Positions 9,679 through 19,247 are shown, counted from the stretch's first letter. The stretch: 64,000 nt of DNA from Candidatus Eiseniibacteriota bacterium (GCA_044222065.1 JBGAOA010000009.1:1-64000), one strand, 5' to 3'. Made by a program: numbers and translations. Notes: a model not told the origin generated them from the sequence alone.

Positions 9679-10047
9679 CTAGCGGGCCGCGGGATCGGAC
9701 TGCATCACGCCGAACACGTTCTGCTCGGGATCGCGGTAGTACGCCACCCACCCGACGCCGGGGATCGCCATCTTCGGCGCGACGACCGCGCCGCCCGCGC
9801 GCTCGACCGCTCGCGTCGTGTCGTCCACGGACGCGACGTCCACCACGTTCACGGTGGAGGCGCCGGGATGCGTGCGGCGCATCAGCCCGCCGTCGATGCC
9901 GCGCGAGCCCTCGGGGCCCGTCGAGACCATCCAGTACTCCATGGGGCCGTCCCACCGGGAGAACGTCCAGCCGAACACGGACTCGTAGAAGCGCACGGCG
10001 CGGGCGGGATCGTCGGCGGGCAGCTCGAAATGAACGGGACGGGGCAT
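9679..10047 (-). CDS. VOC/glyoxalase family protein
   Basis: MPRPVHFELPADDPARAVRFYESVFGW...GIDGGLM...IPGVGWVAYYRDPEQNVFG; RBS GAGGAGG. Confidence 0.92.
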   Translation of the reverse strand: MPRPVHFELPADDPARAVRFYESVFGWTFSRWDGPMEYWMVSTGPEGSRGIDGGLMRRTHPGASTVNVVDVASVDDTTRAVERAGGAVVAPKMAIPGVGWVAYYRDPEQNVFGVMQSDPAAR

Positions 10048-10101
10048 GACTCCTCCTCGGGTTGCGGGGCGCGTGGCCGCCGGTGCGCGGCCCTTCACGC
10101 C

Positions 10102-10131
10102 TCCCTTACCCGTCCGCGCGCGTTCCTGTGG
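10102..10131 (-). promoter_or_regulatory. Putative ECF promoter CCACAGGA-N16-AAGGGA (copy 2)
   Basis: Minus strand CCACAGGA ACGCGCGCGGACGGGT AAGGGA, 54 bp upstream of the VOC ATG. Confidence 0.6.
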
Positions 10132-10307
10132 GCGCGGGGTTCCGCCGCCCGGTTTGCCGGACGCCTACCGCGGCAGCACGTTGCGCGACTCGCGGTCACG
10201 TGGCGGCACCTCGTGCGACGGAACGTACGGGGTGGCTTCCGGCCATCGCCTTCGATGGACCGCCGCCCGGCTCCGCCCCTCGGGGCCCGGGCGCTGAGGA
10301 GATCCCG

Positions 10308-11315
10308 ATGAACGCATCCGTTCGCTCTCCCGAGATTCCGGACGCGGCGCCGGTGGCGCCCGCCCGTCGTCGTCGCTCCTGCTGGCGCCTGTCGCGCGCC
10401 TCGCGCTTCGCCGCCGTGCTGCTGCTCGCCACGTGGATCGGTCCCGTGACGTTCGCGCAGAACGAGACGTGGCGTTGGCTCCGGCCGCTCGGCGCCCCCG
10501 CGCCCGCGGCGGCGTACCCCAGGCTGATCCCGGCCGGCGAGGCGCTCGTGCTCGAGCCCGGCACGACGCTGACCCTGCGCCTGCGCGATGGATCGAGGGT
10601 GAAGGGCCGCTTCCTCGGCCGCGCGCTGCTCGACTCCGCCGCCTACGCGTCTCGGTTCGCCGCTCACGCGAACGGCACGGGCTTCGTGCCGTTCACGCTC
10701 GGCGAGACGCTGAGCGTCGCGCTCCTCGACGGCCGCGAGTGGACGGCTCCGTTCGCGGGCTACGGCGAGCGGGCGCTGCTGCTCCAGCGCCCCGAGTCCC
10801 CGGAGCCGACGCGCGTGCCGTTCGAGTTCGCGAGAAACGTCGCACGCGCGAACGGCGAAAGCGTCGAGTTGCGCGAGCTCGCGCGAGCGTTCCGCTCGGG
10901 CCGGCTGCCCTCCGCCGAGGCGATCGTGCTCGAGGCGCTCACGCCCGTCGGCACCGAGGCCGAGCGCTGGGCCGCCGCGCTGCGCGTGCCGTCGCAGGAC
11001 GTGAGCGAAGCGACCGTCGAGGTGAAGGAAGGCATCAGCGCGGGAGGCATCGTGGTGCTGAGCGCCCTGACCGCGGTCGTCCTCATCGCCGTGATCGCGA
11101 GCTCGTACCACGGACCGAGCACGAGCGGATGCGAGTCGATGGACGTCCCGCCGATGTGGCTCCTGTCGGCCCGGCTCACGACGCGTCCCTTCGACACCGA
11201 ACGCGGCTGCTTCGCGGGCGACCCGCCGGCGCTCCCGGGCACGTGGCCGGCGGAGGGCGGCGGCGCCTTCGCAGCACTCGCCGACACGGCGCGCGCCGGC
11301 GTGCCCGCGCGCTGA
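10308..11315 (+). CDS. Hypothetical exported protein with C-terminal TM anchor
   Basis: ATG after GAGGAG; signal-like RFAAVLLLATWIGPVTFA; internal LRDG/LLDG beta-hairpin duplication; TM GIVVLSALTAVVLIAVIA. Confidence 0.65.
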   Translation: MNASVRSPEIPDAAPVAPARRRRSCWRLSRASRFAAVLLLATWIGPVTFAQNETWRWLRPLGAPAPAAAYPRLIPAGEALVLEPGTTLTLRLRDGSRVKGRFLGRALLDSAAYASRFAAHANGTGFVPFTLGETLSVALLDGREWTAPFAGYGERALLLQRPESPEPTRVPFEFARNVARANGESVELRELARAFRSGRLPSAEAIVLEALTPVGTEAERWAAALRVPSQDVSEATVEVKEGISAGGIVVLSALTAVVLIAVIASSYHGPSTSGCESMDVPPMWLLSARLTTRPFDTERGCFAGDPPALPGTWPAEGGGAFAALADTARAGVPAR

Positions 11316-11329
11316 CCCGCTCGTCCGAA

Positions 11330-11364
11330 GCACGACGCCCCGGCCGCTCGCGCGACCGGGGCGT
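11330..11364. repeat. 35-bp hairpin-forming repeat, copy 1 (terminator/REP-like)
   Basis: GCACGACGCCCCGGCCGCTCGCGCGACCGGGGCGT, identical to 19196..19230; lies between convergent genes; stem ACGCCCCGG/CCGGGGCGT. Confidence 0.9.
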
Positions 11365-11389
11365 GGCGCGTCGGATCGGCGCGCGAGCG

Positions 11390-12088
11390 CTACGGCGTGA
11401 CGCTCACGTCCACGTAGTCCTGCGTCGTGACCCAGAACCCGTTCTTGCCCGTCCAGCTCCTCAGGTCGGTCGAGGCGGGGAAATCGCCCGAGCCGTTGAT
11501 CGCCATCACCGAGATTCGATTGCCCGGCACCGACGTGGACGCGGCCGGCACCGTGCACTGCGTCGTTCCCGGCGCGATCATCCACAGCCCCGTCGTGACG
11601 GCGCTCGTCGTGGCGCACGTGACCGCCGTCATCGACGCGCCGCTCGTCGGCGCCCAGTCCACGACGATGTCCTGCGCGTCGGTGTAGGTCAGTCCGCCCG
11701 TGGGCGGATTCATGTCGATCATGCCCGGCACGATCGCCGAGCGGCTGATCGTCTGCCCGGCCGCCGTGACGACCATCGTGAGCGTGTCGCCGGCCGTCGC
11801 GGGAACGCCGCCGACGTATCCGGTGAGCGCCGGATTCGCGTTCACGACGTACGTCAGCGGCACGCCGTCCACCGACACGGCGGCGTCCGTGACGACCGCT
11901 CCGTCGACGGTCACGATCGCCGCGATCTGGACGGGATCCCCGGGATTCGCGCCGTTGAACAGCGCCGCGCCCCCCATGGCCCGCACGTCGGGCCGCGGGG
12001 CCGTCGCCTTGTCGCTCCCGCAGCCCGCGAGCGCGAGCCCGGCGACGCACAGCGCGAACCGCGAGACGTTTCGAAGTCGATTGCGCAT
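11390..12088 (-). CDS. Hypothetical beta-rich lipoprotein
   Basis: C-terminal part of ORF 11390..16423: MRNRLRNVSRFALCVAGLALAGC (lipobox), then a Thr/Val-rich Ig-like sequence. Confidence 0.8.
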   Translation of the reverse strand: MRNRLRNVSRFALCVAGLALAGCGSDKATAPRPDVRAMGGAALFNGANPGDPVQIAAIVTVDGAVVTDAAVSVDGVPLTYVVNANPALTGYVGGVPATAGDTLTMVVTAAGQTISRSAIVPGMIDMNPPTGGLTYTDAQDIVVDWAPTSGASMTAVTCATTSAVTTGLWMIAPGTTQCTVPAASTSVPGNRISVMAINGSGDFPASTDLRSWTGKNGFWVTTQDYVDVSVTP

Positions 12089-12153
12089 TCCACCCTCGAT
12101 CATGGTCCTGGTCCCCCCCCGTGACTTCGCCGGTGCGGGATCGCGCGGCGGTC

Positions 12154-15100
12154 TCAGGCCGCGCGTCGCCCGCTCCGGCGCTGGAATTCGAGCAGCCGTT
12201 CCGCTTCGTGCCGCAGTTCCGCCACCGCCTCGGCTGCGCCCGCGAGCGCACCGCGCCGTCCCATCGACTCGAGCCGCGCAGCGAGGCGCGTCGCGACGCC
12301 GGCCGACACGCTGCCCGCCGCACCCTTGAGCCGGTGCGCGGCGTTCCGCAGTCCTTCCGCGTCGTTCGATTCGACGGCGTTCGCGATCTCCTCGACGTAG
12401 TCCTCGAGGTGCTCCATGAACTTGGCGAGCACTCGGTCCGCCATGTCGGGCCGTCCGAGGCAGCGCCGCATCAGATCGACCTCGTCGATCGGGCCCGGTT
12501 CCGGGGACCCCGGGCGCTCGGCCGTCGCGGGCGACGCCTCGCTCGCGGCACCGCGCTCCGCCGCATCGCGCGCTTCGGAGCGCGGTTTCGCGGCGAGGCT
12601 CCATTTCGAGAGCATGTGTTCGAGCGCTTCGGGATCGAGCGGCTTCGTGAGGTAGTCGTCCATGCCGGCGGCGAGGCACAGGTCGCGGTCTTCCTTCCGC
12701 GCGTGCGCGGTGAGCGCGACGATCGGGACGCGGCGGGCCGCGCCCTCTGCCGACTCGGCGGACTCGCGCGCGCGCACGCGCCGCGTCGCCTCGTAGCCGT
12801 CCATCACCGGCATCTGGCAGTCCATCAGCACGACGTCCACCGCCTGGTTCGCGAGCACGTCCAGCGCTTCCTTGCCGTTGTTCGCGCACACGCACGAGTG
12901 CCCGAGGTGCCGGATCAGTTCCTCGGCGACCTCGCGGTTGACCTCGTTGTCCTCGACGAGCAGCACGAGGCTGCGGCCGGGCTCGGCCGAGGCCGCGCGA
13001 ACGGCGCCCGCGGAACGTGACGGGGGCGCCGGATGCGAACGTCCGCGCCCGCTCGCCGCCGTCACGATCGCGTCGTAGAGCTCGGACATGCGCGCGGGCT
13101 TCGGCACGAACGCCGCGAAGTCTGCCGTGGATTCGTCGCCGCCGGGCTGCGAGAAGCTGCTGAGCAGCAGCAGCGGGGTGTCCCGCAGCTGCGGATCGCC
13201 CTTGATCTCGCGCGCCATGGCGACGCCGTCCTGGCGCGGCATGCGCCAGTCGAGTATCGCGACGCGGTAGGGCTCGCCGCGCTCCGCCGCGACGCGCATC
13301 AGCCCGAGCCCTTCTTCCGCCTCCGCCGCGGTGTCGGGGATGCCCCGCCAGCCGCTCACGTACTCGGACACGACCTGGCGCGTCGTCGGGCAGTCGTCCA
13401 CGACCAGCACGCGCAGGCCTCGCAGGCCCTGCGGCTCGGGGCTTCGCTCGAGCCCCGCGCCCGCGACGCGTCCGAGGCTCGCGGTGAAGCGGAACGTCGA
13501 GCCGGCGCCCGGGCGGCTCGTGACGCCGATCGTGCCGTTCATGAGCCGGCAGAACTCGCGGCAGATCGCGAGACCGAGTCCGGTGCCGCCGTGCGCGCGC
13601 GTCATCGATCCGTCGGCCTGGGAGAACGCTTCGAACACGCGTTCCTGCTGCTCGAGCGGAATGCCGATGCCGGTGTCGCGCCGAGAACGCGCGAGCCGCA
13701 CCGAGTCGGCGGCGGCGGCTTCGACGCGGCAGTTCACGAACACCTCGCCGTGCTCGGTGAACTTGAGCGCGTTCCCGACGAGGTTGACGAGGATCTGCCG
13801 CAGCCGCGGAGCGTCGCCCGCCAGCGACTCGGGGATGCCCGGGCCGATCCGGTAGCCGAGTTCGAGTCCGCGCGCCTCGGCCTGCGCCGCGAACACGCGC
13901 ATGACGGACTCGAGCACGTCGGGAACCGAGAACGGCGCCACGTCGAGCTCGAGCCGCCCCGCTTCGATCTTCGAGAAGTCGAGGATGTCGCCGATCACGG
14001 TCAGCAGCGTGTCCGCCGCCTTCGAGGCGTTGCGGACGTAGCGGTCCTGCCGCGCGTCGAGCGCGGTGCGCCCGAGCAGGTGCAGCATGCCGATGACGCC
14101 CGTGGTCGGCGTGCGGATCTCGTGGCTCATGTTCGCGAGGAACTGCGACTTCGCGCGGCTCGCGGCTTCGGCCGCTTCCTTCGCGTTCACGATCGTCGCC
14201 TGGTAGGCGTGGCGCTCGATCGCCGCGCCGAGCGTGGCCGCGGCGCGAAGACTCGCGATCTCGGCGTCCGACCAATGCCGCGGACGCTCGAGTTCGTCCA
14301 CGGCGATCGTGCCCCACCACGCTCCGTGCACGTGGATCGGCACGGCGATGAACCCGCGCACGCCGTGGCTCTCGAGCGCCTGCCGTTCCGCCCCCCCGAA
14401 GTCGCTCGCATCGCCGGCGAGCGTCTGGCCGTCCCGCAGCATCGAGTTCCAGTGCGTGGGCCCGCCCTCGTCGAGGAACACGTCGCCGGCTCCCGCGCCT
14501 GCGCTTCCGCCGCCCGCCGCCGCGATCCACGCGTGCCGCGGCCGCGCGGCCGCGCCGTCGGGTCCCGGGTCCGCCGTTCTCGAGCACGTAGACGCGGCCG
14601 ACTTCCATCGCCTCGCCGAGCTGCGCGAGCACGTCGTCGATGATCTCGCGCCAGTCGGCCGCCGAGAGGAACTGCTGCGCGGCGAAACGCACGCTGTGCA
14701 GGATGCGATCACGCAGCACGAGCGACTCGGTCATGCGGTTGAAGCTCGCCCCGAGTTCGCCGATCTCGTCGCGCGCTCCGAGCTCCGCGCGGACCGAGAG
14801 ATCGCCGTCCGCCACGCGCGTGACCGCGTGACGGAGCCGCATGATCGGCCGCGTGAGCTGCCGGGCGTAGAGCACCGAGGCGAGCAGCCCGATCGCGAGA
14901 CACAGCAGCACCGCGGACGCCGTGCGGTCGTAGAGCGTGCGGACGCTCTTGTCGTAGGAGTCGAGCGACAGCCCGACGTGGATCCAGCCCCACTGCAGGC
15001 CCGAGTAGTCGAACGGCCGGGCGTAGTGGTAGGCCCTGGGCCCGTCTTCGTTCGCGGGGCGCACGCTGCCCGAGGCCTCGCGGCGCTCGGGCCTCCAGAG

Positions 15101-15505
15101 TCCGGAGCGCGATTCCGTCCGCCAGCCGGTGCGCGTGTGCACGAGCGAGAAGCCGTCCTGGCGCGTGAGCACGATGTAGTCGATCGTCGAATCCTCGGCG
15201 AGGACGCGCGTGCAGTGGTCCACGATCGCGGTGTAGTCCTCGCTGATCGCAGCACCGGCCGCGATGTCGTGGAGCGACGCCGCGATGCCGCGCGCCTTCG
15301 AGTCGAGGTTCTCGCGGAAGGCCTGCTTCTGGGCGGGCACGACCGCGGTCACGAACACGCCGAGCGTGACGATCGTCACGAGCCACGAGAGCAGCGCGGT
15401 TCGAACGAGGATGCCCACGTTCAAGCCGCGGCCGGCCCGCGCCCCGGGCACCGCGATCACGCCGTCTCGGGCCCCATCGGCTCCCATTCCCCGGAGCGGC
15501 GTCAT
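12154..15505 (-). CDS. Hybrid sensor histidine kinase (TM-periplasmic-TM-HAMP-GAF-HisKA-HATPase-REC-REC-HPt), frameshifted near 14565
   Basis: N-terminal half ([20 protein letters not shown]) is in the frame of ORF 11390..16423; C-terminal half ([17 protein letters not shown], two receivers, AHRLKGAA HPt) is in ORF 12154..14712. The frames differ by one base. Confidence 0.85.
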
Positions 15506-16545
15506 TCCGCGGCCTCCTCGCCCGCCTGGGCGCGCATCGCAGGACGGTCGTGCGGCTGCGGGCGCGGCGCGCCGAGCACGTCGAACGTCGACTGGAGCGC
15601 CGACGTGGGCACCGGGACGATGCGCTCGCAACCGAAGACCGTGAGCAGCTGGCGGCCCTCCGCGGATCTCGGCAGCTCGAGGATCGCCGCCTCGACGCCC
15701 CGGCGGGAGTGGGAGCGGAAGGCACCGCGGAAGACGAGGAAACTCGGGACGACCTCGGGCGAGACGGCGACGATCCGGAGCTGCTCTCCGACCTGGGGAT
15801 TCAGTTCGCGCAGGTCTTCGAACCCGCTCAGGGGCACGATGCACGCATCGGACTGCCGGAAGAACACCGGGAGCACCGCCGCGGTCAGCTTCTCCTTCTC
15901 GACGAGGCCTCCGAAGAACGTCTCCGGCGTGCCGAGCCGGCGCTCCCGGAGCTGCGCGGCGAGCCACGGGCGCGCGAGGCTCGAGCGCGCGTGACCCCAG
16001 ACGAGCACCGAAGCGCCCCGCAGCGCGGACAGCTCGCGCACGCGCGAGTCGCTGCGCACGAGCAGCACGTACTGCTCCTGCACGCGGCCGTGGCGTTCGT
16101 TCACCCAGACCGTGTCGGCGTCGAGCAGTCCGCGCGGGATCTTCGCGTACTCGGCGGTCCTGAGGACGACGGCGTCCACTTCGCGACGCTGGAGCAGCGC
16201 GGTCAGGTCTTCGTTCGCCGCGAGGATGCGGCCGTCCGCCGACGCCGCATAGCGGCCGCTGCCGAGCACCTGCTGCGACCACGCGATGACCGCGGCCCGC
16301 GCGTCGGCGGGTGAGAGCCCGTTGAGGATCCCGGGCGTGAACGCGATCCGGACGTTCGGTTCGGCCGTCGCCGCGGCCCGGTCCGACGTGCCCGACGACA
16401 CGCGCGGAAGCAGCGCGAGGCACGGCAGCAGCGCGCCGGCCGCGAGCGCGAACGCGAGGCGCGCGCGTCGTTCGGGACGGACGGAGCGCGCCGCACGCCG
16501 CGCCCGCGGCGCCGGCTGCCGTGCCAGGCGTCGGGCGGCGCTCAC
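15502..16545 (-). CDS. PhnD/SsuA-type periplasmic substrate-binding protein (copy 2)
   Basis: GTGA overlap start; QYVLLVRSDS, AVLPVFFRQSDACIV, ELNPQVGEQL, GRQLLTVF. Confidence 0.8.
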   Translation of the reverse strand: MSAARRLARQPAPRARRAARSVRPERRARLAFALAAGALLPCLALLPRVSSGTSDRAAATAEPNVRIAFTPGILNGLSPADARAAVIAWSQQVLGSGRYAASADGRILAANEDLTALLQRREVDAVVLRTAEYAKIPRGLLDADTVWVNERHGRVQEQYVLLVRSDSRVRELSALRGASVLVWGHARSSLARPWLAAQLRERRLGTPETFFGGLVEKEKLTAAVLPVFFRQSDACIVPLSGFEDLRELNPQVGEQLRIVAVSPEVVPSFLVFRGAFRSHSRRGVEAAILELPRSAEGRQLLTVFGCERIVPVPTSALQSTFDVLGAPRPQPHDRPAMRAQAGEEAAE

Positions 16546-17486
16546 GGCGTGTCCCCCGTCCCGCCCGCGAGCGCGCGCGCGCGCGCCGGCCGCGTCGCGG
16601 ACGGCGTCCGCGGCGTCGCCGGCGCGGCGCAAAGCGTACGGGCGTATTCGATCTCGGCCGGGTCGAGTTCGCGCAGCATTTCGGTCGCGAAGATGTTCAG
16701 CACCTGCTGGCCGCTCGGCAGCCGGTGGAGTTCCCGGAGCACCGGCATCAGGCGCTCGTGCGTGGCGCGTGGCAGCGTGTGTCGCACGACGAACACGGTG
16801 GATACGATTTCCGGGGACACCTCGAGCGCTGCGAGCGTGGAACCGAGCTGCGGGTTCAGCTCCTTCATGGTTTCGAAGGCGTACCGCGTGACGAGGCACG
16901 CGTCGGCCTGCCCGAAGAACACCGGCAGGATGGCCTCCGAGACCTTCGAGGTCGCGCTCACGCGCGCGCACAGCCGCGCGAGCGGAGGCAGACCCTGAGC
17001 GACGAGCCGGTGGTCGATCCACGGCACCGCGAGTTCGGTGCGCATGTTGTCGAGCCGGATGATGCGCTTGCCCCGCAGATCGGCGAGCCCGCGGTTCGGC
17101 CCGCCGCGGCGCACCACGACCGCGTAGGTGTCGCCGACCGAGGAGCCGATCACGGCCCCGAACAGCGAATGGCGCCCCAGGTCCCGTTCGCACCGCACGA
17201 ATTCGGGCACGCTGAGCGTCAGCGCATCCACGTGTCCGGTCCGCAGCGCGGCCGTGAGCTCGTCGTTCGTCCGGAAGACCTGGACGTCGACGTCGAGTTC
17301 GAGCGCGCGATCCCGGCTCACCGCGATGCCCCACGCCTTCAGCGCGGCGCGCGCATCGTTTTCGTTCACGTTCTTGAACGACGAAACCGTCAGGGCGAGG
17401 TGGAAGGTCTCGGCGATCGCCGGCGCGGCGCCCGCGGAGACGGCCGCGAGTGCGGCGACGAGAGCGAGCGCAGCGCGCGCGCTCAT
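16542..17486 (-). CDS. PhnD/SsuA-type periplasmic substrate-binding protein (copy 1)
   Basis: MSARAALALVAALAAVSAGAAPAIA signal; AILPVFFGQADACLV, ELNPQLGSTL, GQQVLNIF; clear paralogue of the next gene. Confidence 0.82.
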   Translation of the reverse strand: MSARAALALVAALAAVSAGAAPAIAETFHLALTVSSFKNVNENDARAALKAWGIAVSRDRALELDVDVQVFRTNDELTAALRTGHVDALTLSVPEFVRCERDLGRHSLFGAVIGSSVGDTYAVVVRRGGPNRGLADLRGKRIIRLDNMRTELAVPWIDHRLVAQGLPPLARLCARVSATSKVSEAILPVFFGQADACLVTRYAFETMKELNPQLGSTLAALEVSPEIVSTVFVVRHTLPRATHERLMPVLRELHRLPSGQQVLNIFATEMLRELDPAEIEYARTLCAAPATPRTPSATRPARARALAGGTGDTP

Positions 17487-18943
17487 CGCGCGCCGCCGAG
17501 CCGGCGGGTCACCTCGGTGCCGACGATGAAGTCGAGGCGCGCGCGCAGCGTCAGGTGGTCGTAGAGCACCTTGTCGTGCTGCGCCAGCATGAGCGCCTCG
17601 ACGAGCTGCGCCTGGATCACGTCCTGCGTCTCGACCAGCTCGTTCTGGTAGGCGCGCGTGTTCAGGTCGCGGTTCTCGGTCGCCGATTGCGCCGCGTCGC
17701 CGGTCGCCTGGTACTGCTTCTGCGCCGCGTCGATTCCGAGCACGACGTCCTTGATCATGAGTCCGAGGCCTTCGTGCAGCAGCACGCCCTGCTCGCGCAC
17801 CTCGTTCCAACGCGCGCGCGCCTCGGCGACTCGTCCCGAGGTGAGGAAGCCGTCGAAGAGCGGCAGGTCCAGCATCACGCCGGCGGTCCAGCCCGAACGG
17901 TTGCGCTCGGTCGCGAGGCCGGAGTCGAGGCCGTTCCACCAGCGGTGCAGGTCGCCCGTGAGCGCGACGCGCGGGAAGTAACCGCTGCGCGCCGTGCGCA
18001 CGCCGCCTTCGAGCGCCTCGAGCCCCGCCTGCAGCTTCTGCCAGTCGGGATTGAAGACGTACGCGGTGTCCACGAGCGCCGCGAGGTTCGCGTCCACCGG
18101 CACGTAGGGAATCGAGTCTGCGGCCGGTCGCACGCTCTCCTGCCATCCGAGTCCCGCCGCATTCGCGAGCGCGGCCTGGGCGAGCGACTCGTTCTTCTCG
18201 AGCACCGCCACCATCGAGCGGATGGACTCGACCATGACGCGGTTCTGCAGGTAGTCGGTCTTCTTCACGCGGCCCGAGCCCTCGCGGTACATCGTCTCCG
18301 TGAGTCGGAGCGTCGCTTCGAGGCGCTCGAGCGTGAGCGAGCCGAGCTCGCGCAGCTGCCGCGCGAGCACGGCGCCGTAGTAGTAGCGCTGCACCGTCTC
18401 GACGATCTCGAGGTCGGTGCGCCGCGCCTCGGCGCGCCGCAGGTCCACCTGCCCGCGCGCCTGCTGCCGATAGCCGGAGCGCATCCCCCCGTCCCACAGC
18501 AGCCACGTGAGGCCGGCGCTGCCGACGTAGGAATCCGGATCCTGCAGCGTGACGTCCTGCGCCGGCACGGGGAAGTTCAGCGGCCCGCCGCCGAGGTCGA
18601 TCGTGATCGTGCTCGGCGGAAAGTAGAAGTTCGGCGACTCGTCGAGCCGCAGGTAGCCGCCGCTCACGCGCACCTGCGGCCAGTAGCCCGCGAGCGCCTG
18701 CCGGTGCTGCGCCTCGGCGGCCGCGACCGCGAAGCGCGACACCGGACGGCGCCGGTTGTTCTCGAGCGCGGACTCGAGGCACTGATCGAGCGTCCATTCG
18801 CGAATCACGGGAGCGCCCGGCGCATCGGCGCCCGGGCTCGCGGCAGTCGATGCCGGCCCGAGCGAGAGCATCACGGCGAACGCGATGCGGGCGGGCATCC
18901 GTTGCCCGAAGGCGCGTCGCTCGCGCGGTGCGGTCGAACTCAT
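17483..18943 (-). CDS. TolC-family outer membrane channel protein
   Basis: WTLDQCLESALENN; two OEP repeats (ALAGYWPQV, ARSGYFPRV); LDLPLFDGF. Confidence 0.9.
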   Translation of the reverse strand: MSSTAPRERRAFGQRMPARIAFAVMLSLGPASTAASPGADAPGAPVIREWTLDQCLESALENNRRRPVSRFAVAAAEAQHRQALAGYWPQVRVSGGYLRLDESPNFYFPPSTITIDLGGGPLNFPVPAQDVTLQDPDSYVGSAGLTWLLWDGGMRSGYRQQARGQVDLRRAEARRTDLEIVETVQRYYYGAVLARQLRELGSLTLERLEATLRLTETMYREGSGRVKKTDYLQNRVMVESIRSMVAVLEKNESLAQAALANAAGLGWQESVRPAADSIPYVPVDANLAALVDTAYVFNPDWQKLQAGLEALEGGVRTARSGYFPRVALTGDLHRWWNGLDSGLATERNRSGWTAGVMLDLPLFDGFLTSGRVAEARARWNEVREQGVLLHEGLGLMIKDVVLGIDAAQKQYQATGDAAQSATENRDLNTRAYQNELVETQDVIQAQLVEALMLAQHDKVLYDHLTLRARLDFIVGTEVTRRLGGAR

Positions 18944-19195
18944 CGGTCGGTCCTGTCGTCACGCAGGCTGTCGCTCCCGCACGCGGGCGCGGGCGGCCTG
19001 CCGTCGTTGCGTCGTCGGAAGTTCGAGCCGGTTCGCGGCTCGCTGGAGCCTCGAGGAACCGCCGGCCCGTCCGGGGACGGGCGGAAGGGGCGATTCAGGG
19101 GTAGTTTCGGCCACACCAAGTCCGACTTGAGCATGTTTCCCGACTCGGGCTGCGCTTCGATCGCAGCGAGCGCGGCGAGCCGGGCATCGCAAAAC

Positions 19196-19230
19196 GCACG
19201 ACGCCCCGGCCGCTCGCGCGACCGGGGCGT
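19196..19230 (-). terminator. 35-bp hairpin repeat copy 2, probable intrinsic terminator of ffh-rpsP
   Basis: Identical to 11330..11364; 17 bp after the rpsP stop and followed by TTTT on the minus strand. Confidence 0.75.
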
Positions 19231-19247
19231 CTCGACGAACCTCGCGA

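Noticed and set aside
11390..16423. 1677-aa ORF as a giant fusion protein
   Set aside because: It is one stop-free frame joining the kinase N-terminus, out-of-frame Arg-rich filler and a separate lipoprotein; an artefact of high GC plus the frameshift.
15502..17486. Phosphonate ABC transporter (phnCDE)
   Set aside because: Only binding-protein folds are present; no permease, ATPase or C-P lyase genes.
11330..19230. Block as an autonomous integrative or transposable element
   Set aside because: No integrase, transposase, relaxase or tRNA target found; only the direct repeat is supported.
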